This document shows, in pieces, positions 1 to 12,012 of a stretch of DNA of 64,000 bases. Location of the stretch: positions 143,842,001 to 143,906,000 of the forward strand of contig CM059431.1 of assembly GCA_030390025.1 (NCBI GenBank), given 5' to 3'. How positions within the stretch are numbered: position 1 is the first letter of the stretch; every line of letters starts with the position of its first letter. Below the pieces are notes generated by a model. The model ran no database searches. It had not been told where the DNA came from and saw nothing but the letters and a program-made list of their open reading frames with translations. The DNA comes from Squalus acanthias (taxonomy: Eukaryota). A program made the position numbers and the translations under genes.

Positions 1-1360
1 GTCCGGGGGGAAGGAAGGCGCGTAGGAAAAATAAACACCTAAGGGCGGAACCCCTCGCGGAGGAAACATCAGAGTTGACCGAACTCACGCCCGAGTACAT
101 CGCGGAGTTGGTCGGGATGCATGAGACTGGGGGGGTCCTCGTGACCGGGCCCATGACCGTGACCGCAACTGCTGAGGCAGCTAAATCAAGACCTGCGGCC
201 GGGCTCGGGCCCGAGGGGCCCAAGAAACCCAGTCGTCGGAAGGGGGCAGAGAGGGAGGCCCCAGCAGACATGGAGGCCTCCCCCTCTCCGGGCCCCAATA
301 TGTTAAAAAGAAAGCTCCGCCCCTAGGAGGAGGAGGACTGCGAGGAGGAAGGTCCCTCCGCAGAAGGGGGGGAGTCGCCCGCCGCGGGTGCTGCGCCCAA
401 CCCCACCACCGTCATCATCGCGCGCGATCGGCGGGGGTCGTCTGTCCCTCGGGAGGGTGAGACAGCCGAGTCTGTCCGACCTGTGCCTCCCGGGGATGGG
501 GAAGAGACCCTGCCCGTGGGGGGGGGTGCGGCACAACCCGCGGAGGGAAATGTAGTTCCGGAACCGTTGCTCCTCGCCGGGTCGGGCGTCCTGGGGACTG
601 GGGCGGGCGAGGCCAAAGAGGCTGAAGCCGAGTCCGCCTTTTATAACCCAGACATCTCCCAGGGACTGCTCGACCTGGTGGAGGAGTGTAGCAGTCCCCG
701 GCCCGCTGGGTCGGAGGTTGGTGGCGGGGAGACGGAAAGCCCCCTGACTCCGTCTCTGTTGTTGGCGCCGGACGTGCTGGAGGAATTTGGGATTATTTTC
801 TCCCCGGTTTCTCCGGTCGCCCCGGCGCCTGAGGCGGGGGGGGGGCCCGAACCGCCGCCGCCGCCTTCCGGCCGGCGCCCCTGAAGGAGCCCAGGGTGGA
901 CTCCTCTGCCACCGATCCTGGGGGTGGGATCATGACGGAGGCGGGGCCAGCCGGTGCGGCCGAGCCGTTCGCTGCACCCTGTGTGATGGACGGGTTGGCC
1001 GCCGGTGACGACCTCCCGGAGGAGGACGGGGACTCGGTGTTGGGCATCGAGGACGATTTGGATTCCATCGGCAGCGAGGTGATGGACGCCCTCGTGCCCT
1101 TCACCGACTCTCCCCTCATCCCCGTAGGGGAACTCCGGGATTTTATGGCCATGAGCCAGGGTCGTCACAAGAAGATCCGGCTGGCCCTCGACAAGTGGTC
1201 GGAACTGGCGCTGCTCGTCGTGTCCGTCCGCGCCGCCGTTAAAATCATGGGCGCGGACAAGGACGTTGGCCGGCTCGAGCTGCGTCAGCTCAAGAGTTTC
1301 CACACTGGGCTGCTGAGGGAGTGGCGGTCGTCAGTGACCGCGCTCCCTCCCCTCCGTTAG
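1..1360 (+). pseudogene. Tx1 ORF1 C-terminal half, copy 1 (stop at 324-326, frameshift near 866)
   Basis: ORFs 75..326, 483..884 and 896..1360 match the ORF1 C-terminus of copies 3/4 (…ELRDFMAMSQGRHKK…SSVTALPPLR*). Confidence 0.85.
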
Positions 1361-1385
1361 GTAGAGGTTGCACTATGCTTCTGAG

Positions 1386-4300
1386 ATGAAGATAACCATA
1401 GCCAGCCTCAACATCAAGGGCAGCAGGGAGGCGCGCCGTAGAGTCAATAACTTCTCGGTCCTTCGGGACGGGAAATATGCGGTGTGCTTCCTGCAAGAAA
1501 CCCACACCATTCCGGGAGACGAGGCCATGTGGCTCCTGGAGTGGCAAGGAGGGGTCAGCATGAGTCACCTCTCTAACAATTCCTGCGGGGTGGCTGTCTT
1601 GCTGGCCCCGCATTTTCAGTCGGAGATCTTGAGGGTCAAGGAGCACGTGCCGGGCCGCTTGCTCCAGGTCACTGTTCGCCTGGGAGGCGTGCCGCTCCAT
1701 TTAGTGAACGTGTACGCCCCCCGGACCGGTGCGCAGCAAGTGCGCTTCTTCGGAGAAGTGTTCGCTCTTCTGGGCTCCATTGACGTGGGCGAGTGCGTCA
1801 TCCTCGGGGGGGATTTCAATTGTACCCTCGAGGCGCGGGACCGGTCGGGTCCCCCGCGAAGCCCGGAGGCGATGGAGAAGTTGCGGGACCTGGTCGGGTC
1901 CTTCGACTTGGTGGACGTCTGGCGAAATCTCCATCCCGACTCCAGCGCCTTCACGAGCGTGAGGTCTGGAGGAGGAAGGTCCAGAATTGACCGCCTTTAC
2001 ATTTCCCGGGCGTACGTCTCCTGCGTTCCGGCGGCTTCCATGCGGCCGGTGCCGTGCACGGACCACCACCTGGTGTGGGCGGAGCTCGCTCCGCTGCGCA
2101 CGCGGGGGGGGTCCGCGTACTGGCATTTTAACAACCTGCTGCTGGAGGACACGCGGTTCCGGGATTCGTTTCGCCGGTTCTGGGCCGACTGGAGAAGGAA
2201 TCTGGGAGGCTTCCCCTCCTTGAGGCTATGGTGGGACGTGGGCAAGGCTCACGTCCGCGTCTTCTGTCAGGAGTACGCGAAGGGGTCGACCAAGAGGCGG
2301 GAGGCCCGGGTCGGGCGATTGGAGAAAGAAGTGCTCGACCTGGAGTCCCGTCTCGGTCAAGTCGTCGAGGACCCGGCCCTGCGGAAGGTGTACGAAGAGA
2401 AGAAGGGCGCGCTGAAGGACCTGCAGCTGGTCGGGTCCCGAGGCGCGTACGTGAGGTCGCGGATCCAGTTCCTGCGGGACCTGGACCGCGGCTCCCCCTT
2501 CTTCTAGTCGCTGGAAAAAAGACGGGGGGTCCGTAAGCAGCTCTTGGGGCTGCTGGCCGATGACGGATCTCTGGTCTCGGATCCGGAGGGCATCAGCGCG
2601 GAGGCTCGGACCTATTACGGGGCTCTGTTCTGTTCGGATCCGTCCAGCGAGGATGCGCGCAGAGTTTTGTGGGAGGACCTGCCGAAGTTCGGCCCGGAGG
2701 GTGCCGAGAATTTAGAAGCTCCACTAAGCCTGGCGGAGCTGACCGGCGCCCTGCGCCAGCTCTCGAGGGGCAAGTCCCCGGGGCTGGACGGGCTGACCGT
2801 GGAGTTCCACAGGGCGTTCTGGGACGTCTTGGGGGACGACTACGCGCGGGTCCTGGGGGAAAGTCTGGCGACCGGGGAGATGCCCCTCTCTTGGCGCAGG
2901 GCGGTCATCGTCCTGCTGACCAGGAAGGGCGATCTCCGCCTACTTAAGAACTGTCGCCCGGTCTCCCTCCTCAGCACGGACTACAAAATTTTCGCCAGGG
3001 CTATGTCTGCTCGCCTTGGCACCGTGCTGGCCCGCATGATCCACCCCGACCAGTCCTACACGGTCCCGGGCCGGAGCATCCACGATAACATCCATCTGGT
3101 CCGGGACCTGGTCCACCATTCCCAGAGGGCTGGTCTGTCGGTTGCCAACCTTTCCCTGGATCAGGAGAAGGCGTTCGACAGGGTGGATCACGAGTATCTT
3201 TTCGGGACTCTGCGCGCATTCGGGTTCGGGACGCATTTCGTCGCCCGGATCCGACTTCTGTACGCCGCCGCGGAGTGTCTGATTAAAGTTAACGGGTCTT
3301 TGATGGCGCCCCTTCGCTTCGGGAGGGGGGTGCGTCAGGGATGCCCCATGTCCGGTCAGTTATACGCCGTTTGCGTGGAGCCTTTCCTGCGCCTCTTGCG
3401 GAAGAGGTTGACGGGACTGGCTCTGCAAGGGCCGGGCATGGAGGTGGTCCTCTCGGCTTACGCCGATGACGTGCTCCTCGCGGTCACGGATCCCGTCGAC
3501 TTGCGGAGGATGCGAGAATGCCAGCAGATTTACTCGGACGCATCCTCCGCCAAGATCAACTGGGAGAAATGTTCTGGACTCCTGGTGGGCCCATGGCGGG
3601 TGGACTCCCTGCCGGAGGAGTTCGGGACTTTCGCCTGGAGCACCACGCACCTCCTCTACCTGGGAGTCTACCTCAGCCCGGCCGAGGACGCCTTGCCGGC
3701 GAACTGGCAAGAGCTGGAGGCCAAAGTCACCGCTCGTCTAGGACGCTGGACAGGACTGCTCCGAGTGTTGTCATACAGGGGTCGAGCGCTGGTCATAAAC
3801 CAGCTGGTGGCCGCCATGTTGTGGTACCGGTTGATCACTTTGATCCCTCCCCCTGCGTTTGTCGCCAAGATGCAGAAGAAGCTCGTCGACTTCTTCTGGG
3901 ACAGAAGGAAGCACTGGGTCTCTGCCGCGGTTTTGAGTCTCCCGCTTAGGGAGGGCGGTCAGGCGCTGGTGTGCCTTCGCACCCAGGCGGCGACTTTCCA
4001 TCTTCAGACGCTGCAGAGATACCTGTACGTAGAGAATCCTCCTAGGTGGCGTGCGCTGGCGACGTATTTCTTCCGCCAGCTGCACAGCCTCAATTACGAC
4101 ACGCAGCTCCTGTTTGTGAGAGTGGGTGGCACGTGTGCCAGCCTGCGGGAGCTGCCTGTCTTCTACCAGGAACTGCTATGGGTTTGGAACAGCGTCGCCT
4201 CCGAGCGCAGTTCTCCCCCGTCAGGAGCGGCGGCCGTCCTTCGGGAGCCGCTGTTCAGGAATCCGCACCTCCACGACCGTGGGTTCGGCTGGCTGGCGGA

Positions 4301-5285
4301 GGGCAGGGCTGTGCCCGGTAAGGTGACCAGAGTCGGGGACCTGCTCGATGGCGGAGGAGCGGGCTGGATGGCGCCGGAGGAGTTGGCGAGGCGCATGTCC
4401 TGGGTCAACGTCCGGCTCGTGGTCAAAGCCATCGAGTCGCTAAAAGTGGCACTGGGCCCCGTCTCCACTAGGTGTGTCGAGGAGGCTCAAGCACGTGGGG
4501 CGATCCCGTCCGAACTGACCCCCGCTCGGACGGAATTACTTATCGGCGCCCGGCCCCAAATCCTCCCTCGGGAGCCGCCGCCTCAGCACTTGAGCCTTCT
4601 CGGAGAAATACCCTCCGTGCCCTTTCAATCCGCACGGAGGCGTTTCCTGTACGGGCTGGTCCTGCACACTCTCCACTTTGCCATCTTCGTCTGCCGTCCG
4701 GACACGCCTTGGCGTTCCATCCTGCCGTCCGGCGGAGGCGAAGGTCCCCATTGGAAGGCTCTCTACGCGGGAGTCTTCCCTTGTTCTATTGGGGACTTGG
4801 CCTGGACGTTGTTGCACGGAGCAGTCCCGTGCAATAGGGTTTTAAATAGGTTTATGGACTCCCAGGCTGCTTGCCATTTCTGCGGCCTGGAGGAGTCCGT
4901 CTATCACATTTATATTGAGTGTGAGAGGTTGCAGCCCCTCTTTCATTATTTGAAGGGGCTGCTCCTCAATTTCTGGTTGCACTTCAGCCCCACGCTCCTG
5001 ATCTACGGTCACCCGGTGCGGAGGGGAGCGGGTAGGTCAGAGGACCTCCTCGTAGGACTGCTCCTGGGCCTGGCCAAGAAAGCCATTAATTGGTCCAGGC
5101 AGCGGGCGGTCGAGGGGGTCGTTCGGCCCGATTGCCTGCCTCTCTTCCGCGGCCATGTTCGCGCCCGGGTGGCCCTGGAGATGGAGCACGCGGTGTCCGC
5201 CGGCACGCTTGAGTTTTTCCGCGACCGGTGGGCGCCGCGGGGGCTGGAGTGCATCGTCACCCCGGACTTCCAAATTTTGATTTGA
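1386..5285 (+). pseudogene. Tx1 ORF2 (AP endonuclease + reverse transcriptase + C-terminal CCHC), 1299 codons, one nonsense change TAC>TAG at 2505-2507
   Basis: ASLNI, LQETH, GGDFN, RIDR, TDHH (APE); KSPGLDG, LDQEKAFDRVDH, GVRQGCPMS, YADD (RT); CHFC…H…C; ORFs 1368..2507 and 2544..5285 share one frame. Confidence 0.93.
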
Positions 5286-5330
5286 TTTATTAAGTTTCAT
5301 TTAAAGTTTTAATTGATTTACAGTAAATTT

Positions 5331-5372
5331 TGATTTGTCCAACCTGATTTGTCCAACCTGATTTGTCCAACC
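5331..5372 (+). repeat. 3 x 14-bp TGATTTGTCCAACC at the 3' end of Tx1 copy 1
   Basis: Directly visible; absent from copies 3 and 4. Confidence 0.9.
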
Positions 5373-5381
5373 AAAAAGAGC

Positions 5382-8300
5382 AACACCAGGTTATAGTCCA
5401 ACAGCTTTATTTGAAATCACAAGCTTTCGGAGCTGCTGACGAAGCAGCAGCAGCAGCAGCAGAGTGGTGGTCTCTGTGACCAGGAAGAGGAGAAGGAGAA
5501 GGGGACCAGACAGCAGGCCACCACCAACAACCAACAACCACTACTGAGGTGCCTGGAGAGAGAGGACAGGAGAGGAGAAAGAGAAGAAGGGAAGGCCAAG
5601 GCCATCAAACATCAGAGGAGAGGCCTTTCCACACTGCCTCCTCAATTGGCCTCCATTTTAGGCGAGGGAGAGAGGGGAGAAAACATCACACCATCAACTG
5701 TTTGGAAGGAGGAAGGAAGGAAAGAACAACAGCTACAAGTGGGTGTGATTCTGGGGCACTCTCCCAGAGACTTTGTTTTGTAGGTCGGGGGAGGAAAGAA
5801 GAAAAGAAGAGGGCCGGAACATCCAAGGGGTGTGTGTGTGTGTGTGTGGCTTCTGTAAAAGCTAGGCCGCACACACCATATTAAACACCCCTTTCCCATT
5901 GCCTGACCTGGGACAGCTGGAGCTGCTTAGGTGAAATCCCCAATTAATTTAATCTTATTGGGCATCGTTAAGACCTGGTGCAGGACTGAGCCTGGGCATC
6001 TCCAGCTGTCCCAGGTGAAGACATCTTCTCCCCCCACCAGAAGACCACCACCAAAGACTTTTATTACATCGGAGAGTGCACCCCCCTGCCAACACCCACC
6101 CACCCACCATCCTGAGTGGCGACCCTGCCCTTGCGGCTTCCCTCCTTCCCACCCCCTCTCTCTCTCTCTCTCTTTGTCTCTTGTTTCTCTCTGCCTCTCT
6201 CTCGAAGAGGCACCTCAATTTGCTTATAATTAAGTACCCATTGAGCAGAGGGGAGAAGGCCCCTCTCCCAACTCAATCAACTAAAGGGAGAGGTGTGCCT
6301 TCAATTTAAGAGCTCCCTCTGCTCAGGGGAAAACAAAAACAAAAAAAACCGAGGCCATTAACACCTTCAGGCCTGTGACTTGGGGTGAGTGTAGCCCTTA
6401 AAGAACCCCCCATTATGGCGGGTACATCTTAGTCGGTGGCGGGGGCAGCGTGGACGTATGCGAGCGCGCCAGCCGCGGCCACGGCCGCAGCCACGAGTCC
6501 TCCTGTTACCCCGTCACCTTTTACCCTCCTTACGAGGAAGAATGGGGTCAAGAGCTACACTCACCCCAATATGACAATAGAGGCGTGCGTAAAAGCCATG
6601 GCTGGGGTTGTCGGCCCTTCAGCCATCGTCGCCGCCTCTAAAATGTACGGCAAGGCTGTGTTCTTCCTCGGGTCGGAGCGGGCGGTGTCCCTGGCCATCG
6701 AGAAGGGGCTCACCGTGGGCGGGACCTTCCTGCCGGTGGACGCCCTTGAGGCCACCGCGCAAAGGATTGTGGTTTCCAACGTCCCGCCCTTTGTTCCGGG
6801 TGAGCTCCTCCTCCCCCACCTACGTCAACTGGGGGAGGTGAGGTCGGGGATCACACCCATCCCGCTCGGCTTCCGGGAAGCCAGCCTTCGGCACGTCTTC
6901 TCCTTCCGGCGCCAGCTTTTCGTCCGGCTGGCGCGGGAGGAGGACGCGGATGGCGGGTTCACGGTGCTCCACGGGGGGACCGCCCACCGCGTCTTCTGGA
7001 CCTCGGACGGCGTGCGGTGCTACGCCTGTAAGGAGGTGGGGCACGTCCGCAAAAACTGCCCCGCCTCCAAGACCGCCACGACACCTGGCGCGGCCAGGGT
7101 TGGCGCCGCCGCCCCCCCTCCCCATGATACTGTCCGCGCGTCGACGGCGACGGATGCGTGGTCGAAATCGGAGGCCAACACCACCACGGCCTCCGGCGGG
7201 GGGGAGGGAGAGCGTCCGGGGGGAAGGAAGGCGCGTAGGAAAAATAAGCACCTAGGTGCGGATCCCCTCGTGGAGGAAACATCGGAGTTGACCGAACTCA
7301 CGCCCGAGTACATCGCGGAGTTGGTCGGGACGCATGAGACTGGGGGGGTCCTCGTGCCCGGGCCCGTGACCGTGACCGCAACTGCTGAGGCAGCTAAATC
7401 AATACCTGCAGCCGGGCTCGGGCCCGAGGGGCCCAAGAAACCCAGTCGTCGGAAGGGGGCAGAGAGGGAGGCCCCAGCAGACATGGAGGCCTCCCCCTCT
7501 CCGGGCCCCAACTTGTTAAAAGAAAGCTCCGCCCTCAGCAGGAGGACTGCGAGGAGGAAGGTCCCTCCGCAAAAGGGGGGCAGTCGCCCGCCACGGGTGC
7601 TGCGCCCCACCCCACCACCGTCATCGTCGCGCGCGATCGGCAGGGGTCGTCTGTCCCTCGGGAGGGTGAGACAGCCGAGTCTGTCCGACCTGTGCCTCCC
7701 GGGGATGGGGAAGAGACCCTGCCCATGGGGGGGGGCGCGGAACAACCCGCGGAGGGAAATGTAGTTCCGGAACCGTTGCTCCTCGCCGGGTCGGGCGTCC
7801 TGGGGACTGGGGCGGGCGAGGCCAAGAGGCTGAAGCCGAGCCCGCCTTTTTATAAACCAGACATCTCCCAGGGACTGCTCGACCTGGTGGAGGAGTGTAG
7901 CAATCCCCAGCCCGCTGGGTCGGAGGTTGGTGGCGGGGAGACGGAAAGCCCCCTGACTCCGTCTCTGTTGTTGGCGCCGGACGTGCTGGAGGAATTTGGG
8001 ATTATTTTCTCCCCGGTTTCTCCGGTCGCCCTGGCGCCTGAGGCGGGGGGGGCCCCCAAACCTCCGCCGCCGCCTCCCGGCCCGGCGCCCCTGAAGGAGC
8101 CCAGGGTGGACTCCTCTGCCACCGATCCTGGGGGTGGGATCGTGACGGAGGCGGGGCCGGCCGGTGCGGCCGAGCCGTTCGCTGCAACCCTGTGCGACGG
8201 ACGGGTCGGCCGCCGGGGTGACGACCTCCCGGAGGAGGGAGGGGACTCGGTGGTGGGCATCGAGGACGATTTGGAGTCCATCGGCAACGAGGTGATGGAC

Positions 8301-8569
8301 GCCCTCGTGCCCTTCACCGACCTCTCCCCTCATCCCCGTAGGGGAACTCCGGGATTTTATGGCCATGAGCCAGGGTCGTCACAAGAAGATCCGCTGGCCC
8401 CGACAAGTGGTCGGAGCTGGCGCTGCTCGTCGTGTCCCGTCCGCGCCGCCGGTTAAAATCATGGGTGCGGATCAAGACGTTGGCTGGCTCGAGCTGCGTC
8501 GGCTCAAGAGTTTCCACACTGGGCAAGCTGAGGGAGTGGCGGTCGTCAGTGACCGTGCTCCCTCCCCTC
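5382..8569 (+). mobile_element. Tx1-like copy 2: 5' UTR and disrupted ORF1, cut by assembly gap
   Basis: Starts AACACCAGG; ORF1 ATG at 6415 with TAG at 6430; zinc knuckle CYACKEVGHVRKNC; many indels towards the gap. Confidence 0.9.
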
Positions 8570-8769
8570 NNNNNNNNNNNNNNNNNNNNNNNNNNNNNNN
8601 NNNNNNNNNNNNNNNNNNNNNNNNNNNNNNNNNNNNNNNNNNNNNNNNNNNNNNNNNNNNNNNNNNNNNNNNNNNNNNNNNNNNNNNNNNNNNNNNNNNN
8701 NNNNNNNNNNNNNNNNNNNNNNNNNNNNNNNNNNNNNNNNNNNNNNNNNNNNNNNNNNNNNNNNNNNNN
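8570..8769. other. Assembly gap (200 N)
   Basis: Run of N. Confidence 1.
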
Positions 8770-9825
8770 TGAGAAGTCGCACAACACCAGGTTATAGTCC
8801 AACAGCTTTATTTGAAATCACAAGCTTTCGGAGCTGCTGATGAAGGAGCAGCAGCAGCAGCAGCAGCAGCAGAGTGGTGGTCTCTGTGACCAGGAAGAGG
8901 AGAAGGAGAAGGAGACCAGACAGCAGACCACCACCAACACAACCACAACCACTACTGAGGTGCCTGGAGGGAGAGGACAGGAGAGGAGAGGGAAAAGAAG
9001 GAAAAGAAGGCCAAGGCCGTCAAACACCAGAGGAGAGGCCTTTCCACACTGCCTCCTCAATTGGCCTCCATTTTAGGAGAGGGAGAGAGGGGGAGAAAAC
9101 AACACAACATCCATCATCTGTTTGGAAGGAGGAAGGAAGGAAAGAACATCAGCTACAGGTGGGTGTGATTCTGGGGCACTCTCCCAGAGACTTTGTTTTG
9201 TAGGTGGGGGGAGGAAAGAAGAAAAAGAAGAAGGCCAAGGGGTGTGTGTGTGTGTGTGTGGCTTGTGTAAAAGCTAGGCCGCACACACCATATTAAACAC
9301 CCCTTTCCCATTGCCTGACCTGGGACAGCTGGAGCTGCCTAGGTGAAGTCCCCAATTAATTTAATCTTATTGGGCATCGTTAAGACCTGGTGCAGGACTG
9401 AGCCTGGGCCTCTCCAGCTATCCCAGGTGAAGACATCTTCTCCCCCCACCAGAAGACCACCACCAAAGACTTTTATTACATCGGAGAGTGCACCCCCCTG
9501 CCAACACCCACCCACCCACCATCCTGAGTGGCGACCCTGCCCTTGCGGCTTCCCTCCTTCCCACCCCGCCCTCTCTCTCTCTCTTTGTCTCTTGTCTCTC
9601 TCTGCCTCTCTCTCTAAGAGGCACCTCAATCTATTTTTAATTAAGTACCCATTGAGCAGAGGGGAGAAGGCCCCTCTCCCAATTAAATTCATATAAAGGG
9701 AGAGGTGTGCCTTCAATTTAAGAGTTCCCTCTGCTCAGGGGAAAACAAAAACAAAAAAACCGAGGCCATTAACACCTTCAGGCCTGTGACTTGGGGTGAG
9801 TGTAGCCCTTAAAGACCAACCCATC

Positions 9826-11987
9826 ATGGCGACCACATCTTCGCCGGTGGCGGGGGCAGCGAGGACATACGCGAGCGTGGCAGCCGCGGCCACGGCCGCA
9901 GCCACGAGTCCTCCTGTTACCCCGTCACCTTTTACCCTCCTTACGAGGAAGAATGGGGTCAAGAGCTACACTCACCCCAACATGACTACAGAGGCGTGCG
10001 TTAAAGCCATGGCTGGGGTTGTCGGCCCTTCAGCCATCGTCGCCGCCTCTAAAATGTACGGCAAGGCTGTGTTCTTCCTGGGGTCGGAGCGGGCGGTGTC
10101 CCTGGCCATCGAGAAGGGGCTCACCGTGGGCGGGACCTTCCTGCCGGTGGACCCCCTTGAGGCCACCGCGCAAAGGATTGTGGTTTCCAACGTCCCGCAC
10201 TTTGTTCCGGGTGTGCTCCTCCTCCCCCACCTACGTCAACTGGGGGAGGTGAGGTCGGGGATCACACCCATCCCGCTCGGCTTCCGGGAAGCCAGCCTTC
10301 GGCACGTCTTCTCCTTCCGGCGCCAGCTTTTCGTCCGGCTGGTGCGGGAGGAGGACGCGGATGGCGCGTTCACGGTGCTCCACGGGGGGACCGCCCACCG
10401 CGTCTTCTGGACCTCGGACGGCGTGCGGTGCTACGCCTGTAAGGAGGTGGGGCACGTCCGCAAATACTGCCCCGCCTCCAAGGCCGCCACGACACCTGGC
10501 GCGGCCAGGGTTGGCGCCGCCGCCCCCCCTCCCCCTGATACTGTCCGCGCGTCGATGGCGACGGATGCGCGGTCGAAATCGGAGGCCAACACCACCACGG
10601 CCTCCGGCGGGGGGGAGGGAGAGCGTCCGGGGGGAAGGAAGGCGCGTAGGAAAAATAAACACCTAGGGGCGGATCCCCTCGTGGAGGAAACATCGGAGTT
10701 GACCGAACTCACGCCCGAGTACATCGCGGAGTTGGTCGGGACGCATGAGACTGGGGGGGTCCTCGTGCCCGGGCCCGTGACCGTGACCGCAACTGCTGAG
10801 GCAGCTAAATCAAGACCTGCGGCCGGGCTCGGGCCCGAGGGGCCCAAGAAACCCAGTCGTCGGAAGGGGGCAGAGAGGGAGGCCCCAGCAGACATGGAGG
10901 CCTCCCCCTCTCCGGGCCCCAACTTGTTAAAAAGAAAGCTCCGCCCCCAGCAGGAGGACTGCGAGGAGGAAGGTCCCTCCGCAAAAGGGGGGCAGTCGCC
11001 CGCCGCGGGTGCTGTGCCCCACCCCACCACCTTCATCGTCGCGCGCGATCAGCAGGGGTCGTCTGTCCCTCGGGAGGGTGAGACAGCCGAGTCTGTCCGA
11101 CCTGTGCCTCCCGGGGATGGGGAAGAGATCCTGCCCGTGGGGGGGGGGGGGCGCGGAACAACCCGCGGAGGGAAATGTAGTTCCGGAACCGTTGCTCCTC
11201 GCCGGGTCGGGCGTCCTGGGGACTGGGGCGGGCGAGGCCAAAGAGGCTGAAGCTGAGCCCGCCTTTTATAACCCAGACATCTCCCAGGGACTGCTCGACC
11301 TGGTGGAGGAGTGTAGCAATCCCCAGCCCGCTGGGTCGGAGGTTGGTGGCGGGGAGACGGAAAGCCCCCTGACTCCGTCTCTGTTGTTGGCGCCGGACGT
11401 GCATGGAGGAATTTGGGATTATTTTCTCCCCGGTTTCTCCGGTCGCCCCAGCGCCTGAGGCGGGGGGTGGCCCCGAACCGCCGCCGCCGCCTCCCGGCCC
11501 GGCGCCCCTGAAGGAGCCCAGGGTGGACTCCTCTGCCACCGATCCTGGGGGTGGGATCGTGACGGAGGCGGGGCCGGCCGGTGCGGCCGAGCCGTTCGCT
11601 GCACCCTGTGCGACGGACGGGTCGGCAGCCGGTGACGACCTCCCAGAGGAGGACGGGGACTCGGTGGTGGGCATCGAGGACGATTTGGAGTCCATCGGCA
11701 ACGAGGTGATGGACGCCCTCGTGCCCTTCAGCGACTCTCCCCCCATCCCCGTAGGGGAACTCCGGGATTTTATGGCCATGAGCCAGGGTCGTCACAAGAA
11801 GATCCGGCTGGCCCTCGACAAGTGGTCGGAGCTGGCGCTGCTCGTCGTGTCCGTCCGCGCCGCCGTTAAAATCATGGGCGCGGACAAGGACGTTGGCCGG
11901 CTCGAGCTGCGTCGGCTCAAGAGTTTCCACACTGGGCTGCTGAGGGAGTGGCGGTCGTCAGTGACCGCGCTCCCTCCCCTCCGTTAG
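9826..11987 (+). pseudogene. Tx1 ORF1, copy 3 (~720 aa nucleic-acid-binding protein with CCHC knuckle), frameshifts near 11145 (G-run) and 11403
   Basis: MATTSSPVAG… ASKMYGKAVFFL, IVVSNVP, FSFRRQLF, CYACKEVGHVRKYC; continued by ORFs 11009..11458 and 11403..11987. Confidence 0.85.
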
Positions 11988-12012
11988 GTAGAGGTTGCAC
12001 TATGCTTCTGAG

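Larger units (their letters stand above)
1..5380 (+). mobile_element. Tx1-like non-LTR retrotransposon, copy 1 (5' part outside window)
   Basis: 3' part of ORF1 followed by APE-RT-zinc finger ORF2 and a short AT-rich 3' UTR ending CCAAAAAGAG; nearly identical to copies 2-4. Confidence 0.92.

Noticed and set aside
8783..8875. Complete cis-acting hammerhead ribozyme
   Set aside because: CUGAUGA and GAAA halves lie on opposite strands; no full core on either strand
8840..9076. PolyQ protein ORF MKEQQQQ…
   Set aside because: (CAG)n microsatellite in the Tx1 5' UTR; the ATG is not conserved in copies 2 and 4 (ACG)
11135..11155. Programmed frameshift at the G-run in ORF1
   Set aside because: Run length differs among copies and is in frame in copies 1 and 2; homopolymer instability or sequencing error is more likely
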